Shown here piece by piece: positions 26,619 through 36,212 of a stretch of DNA of 52,514 bases. Numbering within the stretch: position 1 is the stretch's first letter; each line of letters begins with the position of its first letter. Below the pieces are notes generated by a model, which was not told the origin of the DNA, did not search any database, and worked only from the letters and a program-made list of their open reading frames with translations. The stretch comes from a virus (Duplodnaviria > Caudoviricetes). Both the position numbers and the translations under genes were made by a program. The stretch spans positions 1-52,514 of IMG/VR virus record IMGVR_UViG_3300017752_000017. One strand, given 5' to 3'.

Positions 26619-27326
26619 ATGAAGAAATGTGTGGTACCTGTTAGCGGTGGAATAGATTCAACAGTAATACTATATCTTGCTCTGAGCGAGGGGTATGAAG
26701 TGTTTCCTGTGAGTTATGATTACGGTCAGAAACATAAAGAAAAGGAATTGCTCTGCGCGGAACGTAATGTGTACCGAACAACAAATCAAAATACAAAAGT
26801 GTTAGATTTACGTTTCTTTAAAGATATTGTGACTACTAGCGCACTCACAAACGATGATATTGATGTTGCTAAAACAAGAGATGTTCTAGGAGATCCTCAG
26901 ACAGTAAATTATGTACCAAATCGTAACATGATGATGTTGTCAATATGTACTGCATATGCAGAGTCAATCGGAGCTGAGACTGTGTTTCATGGAGCTGCTC
27001 TTGTGGATAGCCAGGCTGGTTTCTGGGACGGTTCAAAGGAGTTTTTAGATGCAATAAACAAAGTGAATGCTCTAAACAGACGAACTCATATCAAAATTTC
27101 AGCACCACTGATATTGAAGAGCAAGAAGGACATAATACAAATGGGAATGAAGCTAGGTGTTGACTTTTCATTGACATGGACATGTTACGAAGGAAAAGCA
27201 CAAGCTTGTGGTGAGTGTACTGCATGCAGCTCGAGAATACAAGGATTCATCGATGCAGGTTATAAAGACCCGGTGCAGTATAGCCGTGACATACCATGGA
27301 GTAAGTTTAATTTAACAGAAGTGTAA
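26619..27326 (+). CDS. queC: 7-cyano-7-deazaguanine synthase QueC
   Basis: VSGGIDS PP-loop, YDYGQKH, YVPNRN, LKSKKDI and TWTCY...CGECTACSSR zinc site. Confidence 0.95.
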   Translation: MKKCVVPVSGGIDSTVILYLALSEGYEVFPVSYDYGQKHKEKELLCAERNVYRTTNQNTKVLDLRFFKDIVTTSALTNDDIDVAKTRDVLGDPQTVNYVPNRNMMMLSICTAYAESIGAETVFHGAALVDSQAGFWDGSKEFLDAINKVNALNRRTHIKISAPLILKSKKDIIQMGMKLGVDFSLTWTCYEGKAQACGECTACSSRIQGFIDAGYKDPVQYSRDIPWSKFNLTEV

Positions 27327-27327
27327 C

Positions 27328-27993
27328 ATGTGTGGTATATTCGGAGCAAAAGATTTTAAACGATTTGAGAAGCTATATATAAAAAATTGTGATCGAGGAA
27401 ATTTCGCTCATGGCTTTGTGTATGTCAACAGAAACGGTTCTATGTATATCAAGAAAAATAGAGGTGTATGTTCATTGACTGGTCAATACGCTTGGCAACA
27501 TCAATTACAGTATGATATGTATCTAGGTCATACACAAGCACCAACATCTGCAGAAAGAGATTACACATCCTGCTATTCACATCCATTCGATGTTGGTAAT
27601 TTTATAGTCGCACATAACGGTGTATTAGAAAATCATCTCGATTTAGCCATTGAACATCGAATTGACCCAAGTGAAATCAAAGTCGATAGTCAAATATTCC
27701 CTATGCTGATGGATGATTTGTTTGTTGGTAGTGATGTCCTTGCGATACAAGAAACATGTAGTATGATAAAAGGTATATTCGCATGCTGGGTATTTTGTAA
27801 GCATACTAAATTAACATATGTTGTAAAAAATGGCAGTACACTTTACACGAACAAAAACCGAACTACATTTTCATCGATAAAAGTTGAAGATGTTGATCAG
27901 GAGTTAAATGACGGTATCGTATACTGTTTCACTACTGAAGGTCTAGCAGAAGTCGGTGAATTCAAGACCGATAATCCTTTTTTTATATTATGA
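27328..27993 (+). CDS. Class II (Ntn) glutamine amidotransferase domain protein
   Basis: N-terminal MCGIFG nucleophile, DRG, LGHTQAPT, HPF, AHNGVLEN and VDSQ. Confidence 0.85.
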   Translation: MCGIFGAKDFKRFEKLYIKNCDRGNFAHGFVYVNRNGSMYIKKNRGVCSLTGQYAWQHQLQYDMYLGHTQAPTSAERDYTSCYSHPFDVGNFIVAHNGVLENHLDLAIEHRIDPSEIKVDSQIFPMLMDDLFVGSDVLAIQETCSMIKGIFACWVFCKHTKLTYVVKNGSTLYTNKNRTTFSSIKVEDVDQELNDGIVYCFTTEGLAEVGEFKTDNPFFIL

Positions 27994-28187
27994 ATAATTA
28001 TGCTATAACATACGAGCTACAAAATTATGACCTGACATTTGTTAGATACGTCCAATCACAGAATACTGATGATGCGATTAGACAGTTTAACACTACATGT
28101 CGATCAGAACACCCGAACAAGCTTACAAAAGTTTTGCGGATCCGTAAAGTCAAGGAGCAACAGGATAAGATAGTAGTATCACAATGA
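27990..28187 (+). CDS. Hypothetical protein (65 aa)
   Basis: ATGA overlaps on both sides. Confidence 0.6.
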   Translation: MNNYAITYELQNYDLTFVRYVQSQNTDDAIRQFNTTCRSEHPNKLTKVLRIRKVKEQQDKIVVSQ

Positions 28188-28888
28188 AACCAATATTAAT
28201 AGTAAGCTGTACTAGAGGTACAAAATCTAGTACTAAAATTTACCAAAGCATGAACATATTGTCAGGTGGTGAAGTCAAGCTAAATATTGTTGAGAATAAT
28301 GACGAAAGCTTACCTGTAGTATACAACAGGTTTCTAAATAAAAAGACACAGAACAAACACGACATTGTGCTGTTTGTACACGATGATGTGTATATTGATG
28401 ATTTAAAACTCCGCGGCAAGTTGTATAGTAATATGTGTGTGTATGATATTGTCGGTCTCGCAGGATGTATCAAGCCGGTTATTAAAAAACCAACCTTGTG
28501 GCACCTGATGACGTCACGAGAAAACCTAAGAGGTTCTGTTGCTCATCCAGTTAAACCAGTTACTAAGACCGGAACAGATGAGTATGTTATATCAAACACG
28601 TCGTTTGGCTACACACCATGTCGAGTGGCCATAATCGATGGTTTGTTCATGGCAGTTAATCTCAAAAAGATTCTTAAAACCGGGTGGAAATTCAATGAAA
28701 ATTTTGATTTTCATCATTATGATATTGCTAGTTGTCTAGATGCAAATAAATTGAGATTAAAAATAGGTGTTGCGCCAATACATGTGATACACGATTCTCC
28801 AGGATTGCTCGACGTTAACGATATATCATGGACCAAATCACAAGAAAAATTATTAGAGTTATATGGAACAACAAACAACAGCGATTGA
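28184..28888 (+). CDS. Glycosyltransferase-like protein, GT-A fold
   Basis: SLPVVYN, VLFVHDDV, IVGLAG, IDGLFMAV and FDFHHYDIASCL. Confidence 0.8.
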   Translation: MKPILIVSCTRGTKSSTKIYQSMNILSGGEVKLNIVENNDESLPVVYNRFLNKKTQNKHDIVLFVHDDVYIDDLKLRGKLYSNMCVYDIVGLAGCIKPVIKKPTLWHLMTSRENLRGSVAHPVKPVTKTGTDEYVISNTSFGYTPCRVAIIDGLFMAVNLKKILKTGWKFNENFDFHHYDIASCLDANKLRLKIGVAPIHVIHDSPGLLDVNDISWTKSQEKLLELYGTTNNSD

Positions 28889-30245
28889 CCTAGATTTTTA
28901 TGAGAGAGTGATAATATATCACTGCTTGACAGATGAGTCATATCTTGGTACAATAATTGAGTATATCGATTCAGATTATTTTACAGATAGGAGCATAAAG
29001 GATATAATCCGTGTCGTTGTAGATTTCCACAGAGATAGAGACCAGGTACCTACTCTGACAGAAATCAAAGCTCGGCTTGTGACGACTGATCTAGTTAGTA
29101 GTTTCAAAGTAGTCGTTGAGTATATCAAAACATTCGATCAAAAATTTAATAAAGACGAATTATACTCTAACACTGAACAATTTTTTAAGCAAAAGGCAGT
29201 GTATAACACCATGCTGTCAGTTGCAGAGAAATGTGACACAGGAGAGGTCGACACTAGTGATATTTTGAATAAGTTTGAGAGTGCATGTAACATTACATTA
29301 GATGTCAATCACGGGTTGGATTATTTTAATGAAATAGATACACATGTAAAAGATCTGTTACAGCAAGACAGCACCATTTCAACCGGTTGGAAGTGGTTGG
29401 ATGAGAGACTAGGTGGTGGGTTTTTAGAGAATGGTAGAGCAATATACGTGTTCGCTGGTGAAACAAACATCGGTAAGTCAATATTTTTAGGTAACATAGC
29501 AGTGAACCTGGCCGAGCAGGGCAAAACAGTGTTGTTGGTGACATTAGAAATGTCTGAACTTGTTTATGCCAAGAGATTGAGCACACAGATAACACAGATA
29601 CCAATCAATGAATTATCAACACAAACAGAATTTCTTAAGGAGAGTGTTTTAGAATATAAACAAGATAAACCAAATTCTCGTATATTGATCAAAGAATTTC
29701 CTCCTAGCACAATAACATGTTCACAATTACAAGCATATGTAAAAAAACTACAAAACTCTGGAATTAAAATTGATGCAATTGTTTTAGATTACGTTAATCT
29801 GTTAACAACACAAGCAGGTGTGAATTCATATGAACGAGTAAAATATGTTACAGAGAAATTGAGAGCACTTAGTTATGTATTTTCCTGCCCTGTAATCACT
29901 GCAACACAATTAAATCGTACCGGTTATAATGAAATTAACCCGGGGTTAGAAACTGTAGGAGAGAGTTACGGTCTAGCAGCAACAGCTGATTGTATGTTTA
30001 GTATTTGGCAAGAAGAGGAAGATGCTGAACTCGGCATAATTAAATTGGGTTTGATGAAAAACCGTTTCGGTCAGAACTTTGGTAGTTGTACACTAGCTAT
30101 TGATTATTCGACCTTGACCTTAAGAGAAGATCCGAGTTTAGCAGAATCACTACCAGAAGAGTCTGATGCCACAAAGCCAACAGAATTCACACAGAGTGAC
30201 GGAATCTTAACTAGCACACTAGATTTTCTCAACGATATAAAGTGA
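28863..30245 (+). CDS. gp41: Replicative DnaB-like helicase gp41
   Basis: AGETNIGKS, VTLEMSE, IKEFP, VLDYVNLL, TATQLNR, ESYGL and KNRFG. Confidence 0.95.
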   Translation: MEQQTTAIDLDFYERVIIYHCLTDESYLGTIIEYIDSDYFTDRSIKDIIRVVVDFHRDRDQVPTLTEIKARLVTTDLVSSFKVVVEYIKTFDQKFNKDELYSNTEQFFKQKAVYNTMLSVAEKCDTGEVDTSDILNKFESACNITLDVNHGLDYFNEIDTHVKDLLQQDSTISTGWKWLDERLGGGFLENGRAIYVFAGETNIGKSIFLGNIAVNLAEQGKTVLLVTLEMSELVYAKRLSTQITQIPINELSTQTEFLKESVLEYKQDKPNSRILIKEFPPSTITCSQLQAYVKKLQNSGIKIDAIVLDYVNLLTTQAGVNSYERVKYVTEKLRALSYVFSCPVITATQLNRTGYNEINPGLETVGESYGLAATADCMFSIWQEEEDAELGIIKLGLMKNRFGQNFGSCTLAIDYSTLTLREDPSLAESLPEESDATKPTEFTQSDGILTSTLDFLNDIK

Positions 30246-30283
30246 GTTGATATTCATCATTTTACCTAGTAAATATATCGATA

Positions 30284-31201
30284 ATGCCACACAAAAACAA
30301 AATACATGTTTTTACCGATTGTGATTTAGATGGAGCCGGCGCATACTTAATGCTATGTCTAGCAACAAAGCAAAAGTTACCATATACTACCCTCAGGGTT
30401 GTTGATGCAGCTGAAAAAATTGGCGCTTGGTTGGATAATAATGACTTGCAAAGTTATGACCGAGTTTATATCGCTGATCTTGACATAAGTCAATCACCCG
30501 GTTTAATTGAAAGACTCGACCATCCAAATGTGACTGTGATTGACCATCACAAGCAACATATTGATTCCAAGGACCGATACAATCATGCAGATACAATGAT
30601 AAGAACTGACACATCGACGACAAAAATTGTATACAAGATGTTCAATTTAAGTGAGTCACTATCTAGTGAACAGAAATTATTAGTGCTGATGGTTGATGAT
30701 TATGATTCGTATAAATTTAAGGTACCAAAATCTCATGAGTTGAATATAATATTCTGGTCATATCAGGGAGACCGAATCGCAAAATTTATAGATGAGTTCG
30801 GTATTGGTTTTGTGTCATTCAATCAACAACAACAAAACATAATACAATTTTATAATAAAAAACTTCACAACATAAAAAGTAATCTTGACGTACACACAAC
30901 AAGCATCAGCATTCAAGGTAAGACGAGAAGAATAGTAGCCGTATTTGCTGATTCATGTATCAATGATGTCGCGGATTACATTATAAAAAATTATAAATGT
31001 GATATCGGTATGGTTATTAATCTCAGATCAAATAAGGTGTCTATACGTCGATCTCAATCCGATCAAACAGACCTCAACAAATTAGCGGAAAAGCTGTTTG
31101 ATCAAGGAGGTGGTCATGTTGATGCATCCGGGGGTGTGATATGTGAGAAATTTCTAGCATTCTCAAAACTGTTTGAACCAATGAAAATAAAGCAAATCTG
31201 A
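30284..31201 (+). CDS. DHH/DHHA1 family phosphoesterase
   Basis: DCDLDG, YIADL, VIDHH, VDDYD and GGGHVDASGG. Confidence 0.88.
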   Translation: MPHKNKIHVFTDCDLDGAGAYLMLCLATKQKLPYTTLRVVDAAEKIGAWLDNNDLQSYDRVYIADLDISQSPGLIERLDHPNVTVIDHHKQHIDSKDRYNHADTMIRTDTSTTKIVYKMFNLSESLSSEQKLLVLMVDDYDSYKFKVPKSHELNIIFWSYQGDRIAKFIDEFGIGFVSFNQQQQNIIQFYNKKLHNIKSNLDVHTTSISIQGKTRRIVAVFADSCINDVADYIIKNYKCDIGMVINLRSNKVSIRRSQSDQTDLNKLAEKLFDQGGGHVDASGGVICEKFLAFSKLFEPMKIKQI

Positions 31202-31509
31202 TGGGAAAATTAACACAGAGTATATTAGGCGGTGACCCGACATATCAAACATATAAAAAGGAATATAATCATTTGTTTTTGTCTTTCTGCACACTGGTGT
31301 GTCACATGAATAATAAGAAGCTAAATCTCCCGAACATATTCATAATAATTTTAAAACATAAAGACATGAGAGAGTTGTACAAGAGTATGATGTGTATAGA
31401 TAGTGACTATGATGCATGTAAGAAATTCTTAGAATATGATCCCACGTTATACAAGTCAAAGTATATTAAAAATTTCATCACAAATAACAATATAGAAGAA
31501 TTAATATAG
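31201..31509 (+). CDS. Hypothetical protein
   Basis: 102-aa coupled ORF. Confidence 0.6.
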   Translation: MGKLTQSILGGDPTYQTYKKEYNHLFLSFCTLVCHMNNKKLNLPNIFIIILKHKDMRELYKSMMCIDSDYDACKKFLEYDPTLYKSKYIKNFITNNNIEELI

Positions 31510-32186
31510 TGAAAATAACCGAGTACGAAAAACTAATATACAACAAGTATTTGATCTCTTCGAGAACAAACCAAAACAAACCGTTCAAGTTGAGAAAAGA
31601 TTTTTCAGATATTGATGAAAACACATTACACTTATTAAAAAAGTTGTCATTATTTTTCAACAAATTTACACATGTATCTGTAGATGACTTCTTCAATGCA
31701 CCATGGGCAATATATCCGGACCATAATGTGTTTGACCTCAAGTTTTACTCAACACAACGAGCATTAAAAATATACACGCTATACATAAATAGAAGATCCG
31801 CGTCAAGACCAGATACAGAAGAACAGTTATATGACATAAAAAAGTCTCTACAATACATTCTAAAGTTTTGCATATCAAACAAAATACAAGTTTCTGAATA
31901 TATAGACCATAAAACAAACAATGTGTACACATTCATGTTGCACTTAAGAGAGCATAAAGTTAATATATACACATTATTCGGATTTAATAAGTTTGAAAGC
32001 AATATGAACAACATTGACCAAGATCACATCCAATTCATGCTAGGTGAATTGCAGCAAAATATGAGCACCTTTCGCACCAATTATATATCATCCACAAAAG
32101 CAAAACATTTTATTCAATTAGGAATATCAAAAATACAAACAATACAAAATAAAAGCACAAAACAAGTTGAAAATTCAAACAAATAA
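31509..32186 (+). CDS. Possible gp59-like helicase loader
   Basis: 225-aa basic helical protein directly upstream of gp32, the T4 position of gp59. Sequence similarity was not confirmed by eye. Confidence 0.4.
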   Translation: MKITEYEKLIYNKYLISSRTNQNKPFKLRKDFSDIDENTLHLLKKLSLFFNKFTHVSVDDFFNAPWAIYPDHNVFDLKFYSTQRALKIYTLYINRRSASRPDTEEQLYDIKKSLQYILKFCISNKIQVSEYIDHKTNNVYTFMLHLREHKVNIYTLFGFNKFESNMNNIDQDHIQFMLGELQQNMSTFRTNYISSTKAKHFIQLGISKIQTIQNKSTKQVENSNK

Positions 32187-32194
32187 TCTATAAT
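32167..32194 (+). promoter_or_regulatory. Sigma70-type promoter TTGAAA-N16-TATAAT for gp32
   Basis: 7 nt upstream of the ATG at 32202. Confidence 0.7.
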
Positions 32195-32201
32195 AAAAAC
32201 T

Positions 32202-33086
32202 ATGAGCACATTCACTACATCCATGTTCGCAAGCATCAAAGGTGCTTTGCAGAAAGACAACAAACCTGCAAATGCAGTATCTGACATTTTAAGATTTACT
32301 AAAGGTAACAGTTACGTCGTACGATTAGTACCAAACGTCTCAAACCCGGAAAAGACATTTTTTCATTTTTACTCACATGGCTGGGAAAGCTTCGCAACTG
32401 GTCAGTATATATCGGCCGTGAGCCCTCAAACGTTCGGTGAACGTGACCCTATTGCAGAGTTTAGATACAAGGTGAATCGTACTGGTACGGAAGATGATAA
32501 GAATAAAGCTAAATCTATCATCAGATCAGAAAAATGGTTAGTTAATGCATATGTTGTTGATGACCCGATCAACCCGGAAAATAACGGTAAGGTGAAAATT
32601 CTTCGCTATGGTAAGCAGCTGCACAACATTATTATGTCGGCTATTGAAGGTGAAGATGCTCAAGAGCTCGGTCCACGTATATTTGACTTGACAGAAGTTG
32701 GTTGTAGTCTACGGGTCAAGGTTGAAGACCAGGGTGGTTACCCGACATATGTTTCAAGTAAATTCTTGATGCCTGGAGCACTGCCCGGTGTTACAGACGG
32801 TGCTCGGTCTAAAATTGAGCAAGATGTTATTGATTTAGATCAAGTGTTTAAGATTAAGAGCTCTGATGAGTTACAAGAATTGTTAAATGAACATTATCAT
32901 TGTACTGATTCAACTCCTGTACAAGCTACACAACAACCAGTCACTCAAACAACTGCAGCAGATACTACCAAAGTAGATTTAGGTGAAGACGTTGACATGA
33001 CACCAAGTTCACCTCAACCAGCCACAGAGGACGTTGATTTGGATGATGATAAAATAAAAGAATTGTTGCAAGGTTTAGATGAATGA
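32202..33086 (+). CDS. gp32: Single-stranded DNA-binding protein gp32
   Basis: VRLVP, YSHGW, TFGERDPI, NAYVVDDPINPENNGKVKILRYGK, YPTYVSSKF and an acidic C-tail. Confidence 0.9.
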   Translation: MSTFTTSMFASIKGALQKDNKPANAVSDILRFTKGNSYVVRLVPNVSNPEKTFFHFYSHGWESFATGQYISAVSPQTFGERDPIAEFRYKVNRTGTEDDKNKAKSIIRSEKWLVNAYVVDDPINPENNGKVKILRYGKQLHNIIMSAIEGEDAQELGPRIFDLTEVGCSLRVKVEDQGGYPTYVSSKFLMPGALPGVTDGARSKIEQDVIDLDQVFKIKSSDELQELLNEHYHCTDSTPVQATQQPVTQTTAADTTKVDLGEDVDMTPSSPQPATEDVDLDDDKIKELLQGLDE

Positions 33087-33651
33087 TCAAAAAGAACATG
33101 TATCAATTGACACAACTCGACATGAAAATGATTCTGGTATCACCCCTGATGATGTTAGTCTGTTAGCAGCATTTACACAAACAGTAACAAAAGAGTTAAG
33201 AACCGTTGACCATAGAAATGTCGGTAGTAACAGTAACATCAAAGCTTTACAACTGGATCAAAAAAAAATTCTACAAGGAGTTGATAAACCAGTGGGGGAG
33301 TCTCAACCGAGTGCTCCACCGGTTCAATCTGTTGAAAGTTCATCGATGGAAAAACCGGTCAAGGTAAAGCCTACTCAAGAGCATAAACACCAACCACAAG
33401 TCGCGCAAGTTACAAGTACATTGGATCAACATGAGTTAATAGACCTTCAAAAACGTGTTACAAGAATTGAAAACTCACTCAATATAATTAAAAAGTCTCG
33501 TCGTATAAAGCGAAACGCTCGATACACTGTGAGTTCAAACAGTTTCAAGGGAGTTATAAAAGATGCTGAACTGCTTGCTGAATATGTTGTTTCTGAAGTT
33601 GCAAAGGGAGTAAAAAGTATTACTATAAAGATAGATGATTGTAAAGATTAA
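33079..33651 (+). CDS. Hypothetical protein
   Basis: 190-aa ORF overlapping both neighbours. Confidence 0.6.
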   Translation: MNDQKEHVSIDTTRHENDSGITPDDVSLLAAFTQTVTKELRTVDHRNVGSNSNIKALQLDQKKILQGVDKPVGESQPSAPPVQSVESSSMEKPVKVKPTQEHKHQPQVAQVTSTLDQHELIDLQKRVTRIENSLNIIKKSRRIKRNARYTVSSNSFKGVIKDAELLAEYVVSEVAKGVKSITIKIDDCKD

Positions 33652-34369
33652 CAATAGATCAGAATTCGTTGATAAGTTTTTATCACCTATCAGCCGGATT
33701 AATGAGAATGCAGTAATTAAAGTATCTGATACAAAGATATCTTCTTTGGCTACTACTAATGACGAAACCATGATATTATATGTTGTGTACAACACACCTG
33801 ATGGTTCCCAACAGATATTTGATCTAAACATACCAGATATAAATCGGTTAGTCAAAGTGTTGAGTTGTATAGAAATGGATAATATAGAGATTGAATTTGA
33901 TAAAAACAAACTCAAATACAAATCTAACAATATAAACTTTAAGTATCACCTGCTTGAAGATGGTATAATATCCACACCAAACATAAGTTTTGACAAAATT
34001 AAAAAGTTAAATTTTAGTACGTCATTCAATCTTGCGTCAGGTAGTGTTTCAAACTTAATAAAAGCATCAACGTTCACTGTTGATACAGATAAAGTTTATA
34101 TTTATACTAAGGATGGTTCAGTTTATTGTGAGTTGACCGATCATCAAAAACACAACATGGATAGCTTCTCAAGAGTGTTAGCTGATGCTTTCACTGGGTC
34201 AGAACTAGCAACACCAATACCTCTAAATTTCGAGATATTTCGATTGATGAGTAGCTTACGTTTTGAGAGTTGTAGTGTAAACTTAGACCCAGAAAAGAAG
34301 GTGTTGTTATTCGTCATCACCTCTGGTGATTATACGCTCAACTTTGTCACAGTCGGTCTAGTAGGTTAA
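33635..34369 (+). CDS. gp45: Sliding clamp gp45 (PCNA-like)
   Basis: 244 aa with a two-domain beta/alpha pattern: ISRINENAVIK, LNIPDINRLVKVLS and FKYHL. Confidence 0.7.
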   Translation: MIVKINNRSEFVDKFLSPISRINENAVIKVSDTKISSLATTNDETMILYVVYNTPDGSQQIFDLNIPDINRLVKVLSCIEMDNIEIEFDKNKLKYKSNNINFKYHLLEDGIISTPNISFDKIKKLNFSTSFNLASGSVSNLIKASTFTVDTDKVYIYTKDGSVYCELTDHQKHNMDSFSRVLADAFTGSELATPIPLNFEIFRLMSSLRFESCSVNLDPEKKVLLFVITSGDYTLNFVTVGLVG

Positions 34370-34372
34370 TTT

Positions 34373-34714
34373 ATGAAGAACAAGATATCAACATTAAGCT
34401 ATTTTATAAAGAGGTTGAAAGACAACAATTTTGTTGTGTGGAAGATGTTTGATAAATACAACATCGGTGATCCGCGCAAATGGACTGTTCTTATAAACCC
34501 TGGGTTCCATTCTGTTTACATCACATGTTACATAGACAATCAAAGCTTGAAAAATGAACCTGTTTTTTATTTTGATGATGGTGGAGCATGGGGAATAAAG
34601 CCTAATGAAAAATTACAAACCAAATCAATTGAAATAGTTATAAACAAATTGATCGAATGTGGTGTTACACAAGATTCAACATTCTATATTAATAACCAAG
34701 AAAAAAATGACTGA
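34373..34714 (+). CDS. Hypothetical protein
   Basis: 113-aa ORF in the replication operon. Confidence 0.6.
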   Translation: MKNKISTLSYFIKRLKDNNFVVWKMFDKYNIGDPRKWTVLINPGFHSVYITCYIDNQSLKNEPVFYFDDGGAWGIKPNEKLQTKSIEIVINKLIECGVTQDSTFYINNQEKND

Positions 34715-35084
34715 CGGAGATGCTGAGTTTGATGGATTGAGTGATTTTGATCCGGATGAAGATTATGAACACCTGGAGAATGATATACCACCAAAAAAGA
34801 AGTCGAAGAAAGTGTCACGAGAGTATGAGTTGATACGTAGTGCACTTGAATCACATCTAGTAGAGTATAATAAAAGAAAGCATGCAAAAAAACGCAATGT
34901 TGATCAAATAACTGGTATAGTTGAAGAGTATCTTGGATCATTTGTGTTACTCGGTTACAATTATGAAGGTGAACCTGTGACCATTGTCAGTGCAACGACG
35001 CAACAACATTCAGATTCGCTCAGTACACTGCTCCAAAAATTTATGGTTGATGCCTCTGGTAACACACCAGGGGGTATGATGTAA
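34707..35084 (+). CDS. Hypothetical protein
   Basis: Likely start MTDGDAE at 34707, overlapping the upstream stop. Confidence 0.6.
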   Translation: MTDGDAEFDGLSDFDPDEDYEHLENDIPPKKKSKKVSREYELIRSALESHLVEYNKRKHAKKRNVDQITGIVEEYLGSFVLLGYNYEGEPVTIVSATTQQHSDSLSTLLQKFMVDASGNTPGGMM

Positions 35085-35947
35085 TGAGATTGTTAATCTT
35101 AGGTAAGGGGTATGTGGGTACTCATTTATATAAAAAAGTGTTACCAGTTGAGCAAATAGAAACAGTGATGTTTTACAGTAAAGATACACTTGACTATACT
35201 AACAGAGATATACTGATCAGTTTCTTAAATGAACATCATGTGGATGTTGTTGTGAATGCCAGTGGTTTCACAGGGAGACCCAACGTTGACCAGTGTGAAG
35301 AGATGCCAAATGAATGTTGGTATTATAACGTTGTAGCGCCGTGTATAATACAGGGTGCGTGTAAAGCAACAAATACAAAATTTATTCAAATATCTTCAGG
35401 GTGCATATATACAGGATATGAGAAACAGTGGTCAGAACATGACACACCGAACTTTGGTGTGTTTGATCAAAGCAGCACTTATAGTAAAACAAAACATGCC
35501 AGTGAGATGGCATTAGACAAAGCATACACAGTGATACTAAGAATCAGAATGCCATTTTCAGAATGTAGTTCCTCTCGCAATTTTATTAATAAATTATTAC
35601 GGTATGAACGATTGATAAGTTATGACAATAGCATGACATGTGTCGAGGATTTTTGTCAAGTATTGTTATCAAATCTACGTACAGTGAAACCTGGTATATA
35701 TAATATGGTGCATGACCAACCATTATCAGCGCGGCAGATAACAGACGTAATCAAGATGCACAGTGATAGAAAATTTGAGTTTGTGGATATAAGTGAGTTG
35801 GTTTTGAAAGCTCCAAGAAGTAATTGTGTGCTCTCAGCCAAGAAAATTCAACAACACGGGATGTCGTTACCACCAGTTCATGTCTCTCTCGACAGATGCC
35901 TTAACAAATTGATGAATGCTAGGTTGGCTGAAAAGAAAAAGTCCTGA
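35084..35947 (+). CDS. NDP-4-keto-6-deoxyglucose epimerase/reductase (RmlD / NRS-ER-like SDR)
   Basis: GKGYVG Rossmann motif, GFTGRPNVDQCE, SSGCIY, YSKTK catalytic YxxxK, LRIRMP and APRSNCVL. Confidence 0.85.
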   Translation: MRLLILGKGYVGTHLYKKVLPVEQIETVMFYSKDTLDYTNRDILISFLNEHHVDVVVNASGFTGRPNVDQCEEMPNECWYYNVVAPCIIQGACKATNTKFIQISSGCIYTGYEKQWSEHDTPNFGVFDQSSTYSKTKHASEMALDKAYTVILRIRMPFSECSSSRNFINKLLRYERLISYDNSMTCVEDFCQVLLSNLRTVKPGIYNMVHDQPLSARQITDVIKMHSDRKFEFVDISELVLKAPRSNCVLSAKKIQQHGMSLPPVHVSLDRCLNKLMNARLAEKKKS

Positions 35948-36212
35948 TAAGCAGCAGTCAGAAGTAGAACAAGGAGCTGCATATGGTGTGAGTGCAGGTC
36001 GGTATGTTGGTGAATTCTTTATATTAATGGAACAGGATTCAAAAACTATCACGTTCTTATCATTACCTGACATGAAGATTAGAGAAATTACAGTTGCACA
36101 ATTCAAAACAGGAGTTGATAATAAAATAATTGAATTCCAAGAAGTATTACCAGATGATATTAAACAAGTATGTATAGAACAATATGACACAGCAAAGAAA
36201 TCTAATAATTGA
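35916..36212 (+). CDS. Hypothetical protein
   Basis: 98-aa overlapping ORF. Confidence 0.6.
   Translation: MLGWLKRKSPDKQQSEVEQGAAYGVSAGRYVGEFFILMEQDSKTITFLSLPDMKIREITVAQFKTGVDNKIIEFQEVLPDDIKQVCIEQYDTAKKSNN

Noticed and set aside
31201-31509. gp33 late co-activator assignment by position
   Set aside because: The size and location are suggestive, but I see no recognisable gp33 motif, so it is left hypothetical.
32202-33086. gp32 lacks the T4 zinc-binding cysteines
   Set aside because: Zinc-free gp32 variants are already known from marine T4-like phages, so this is not novel.
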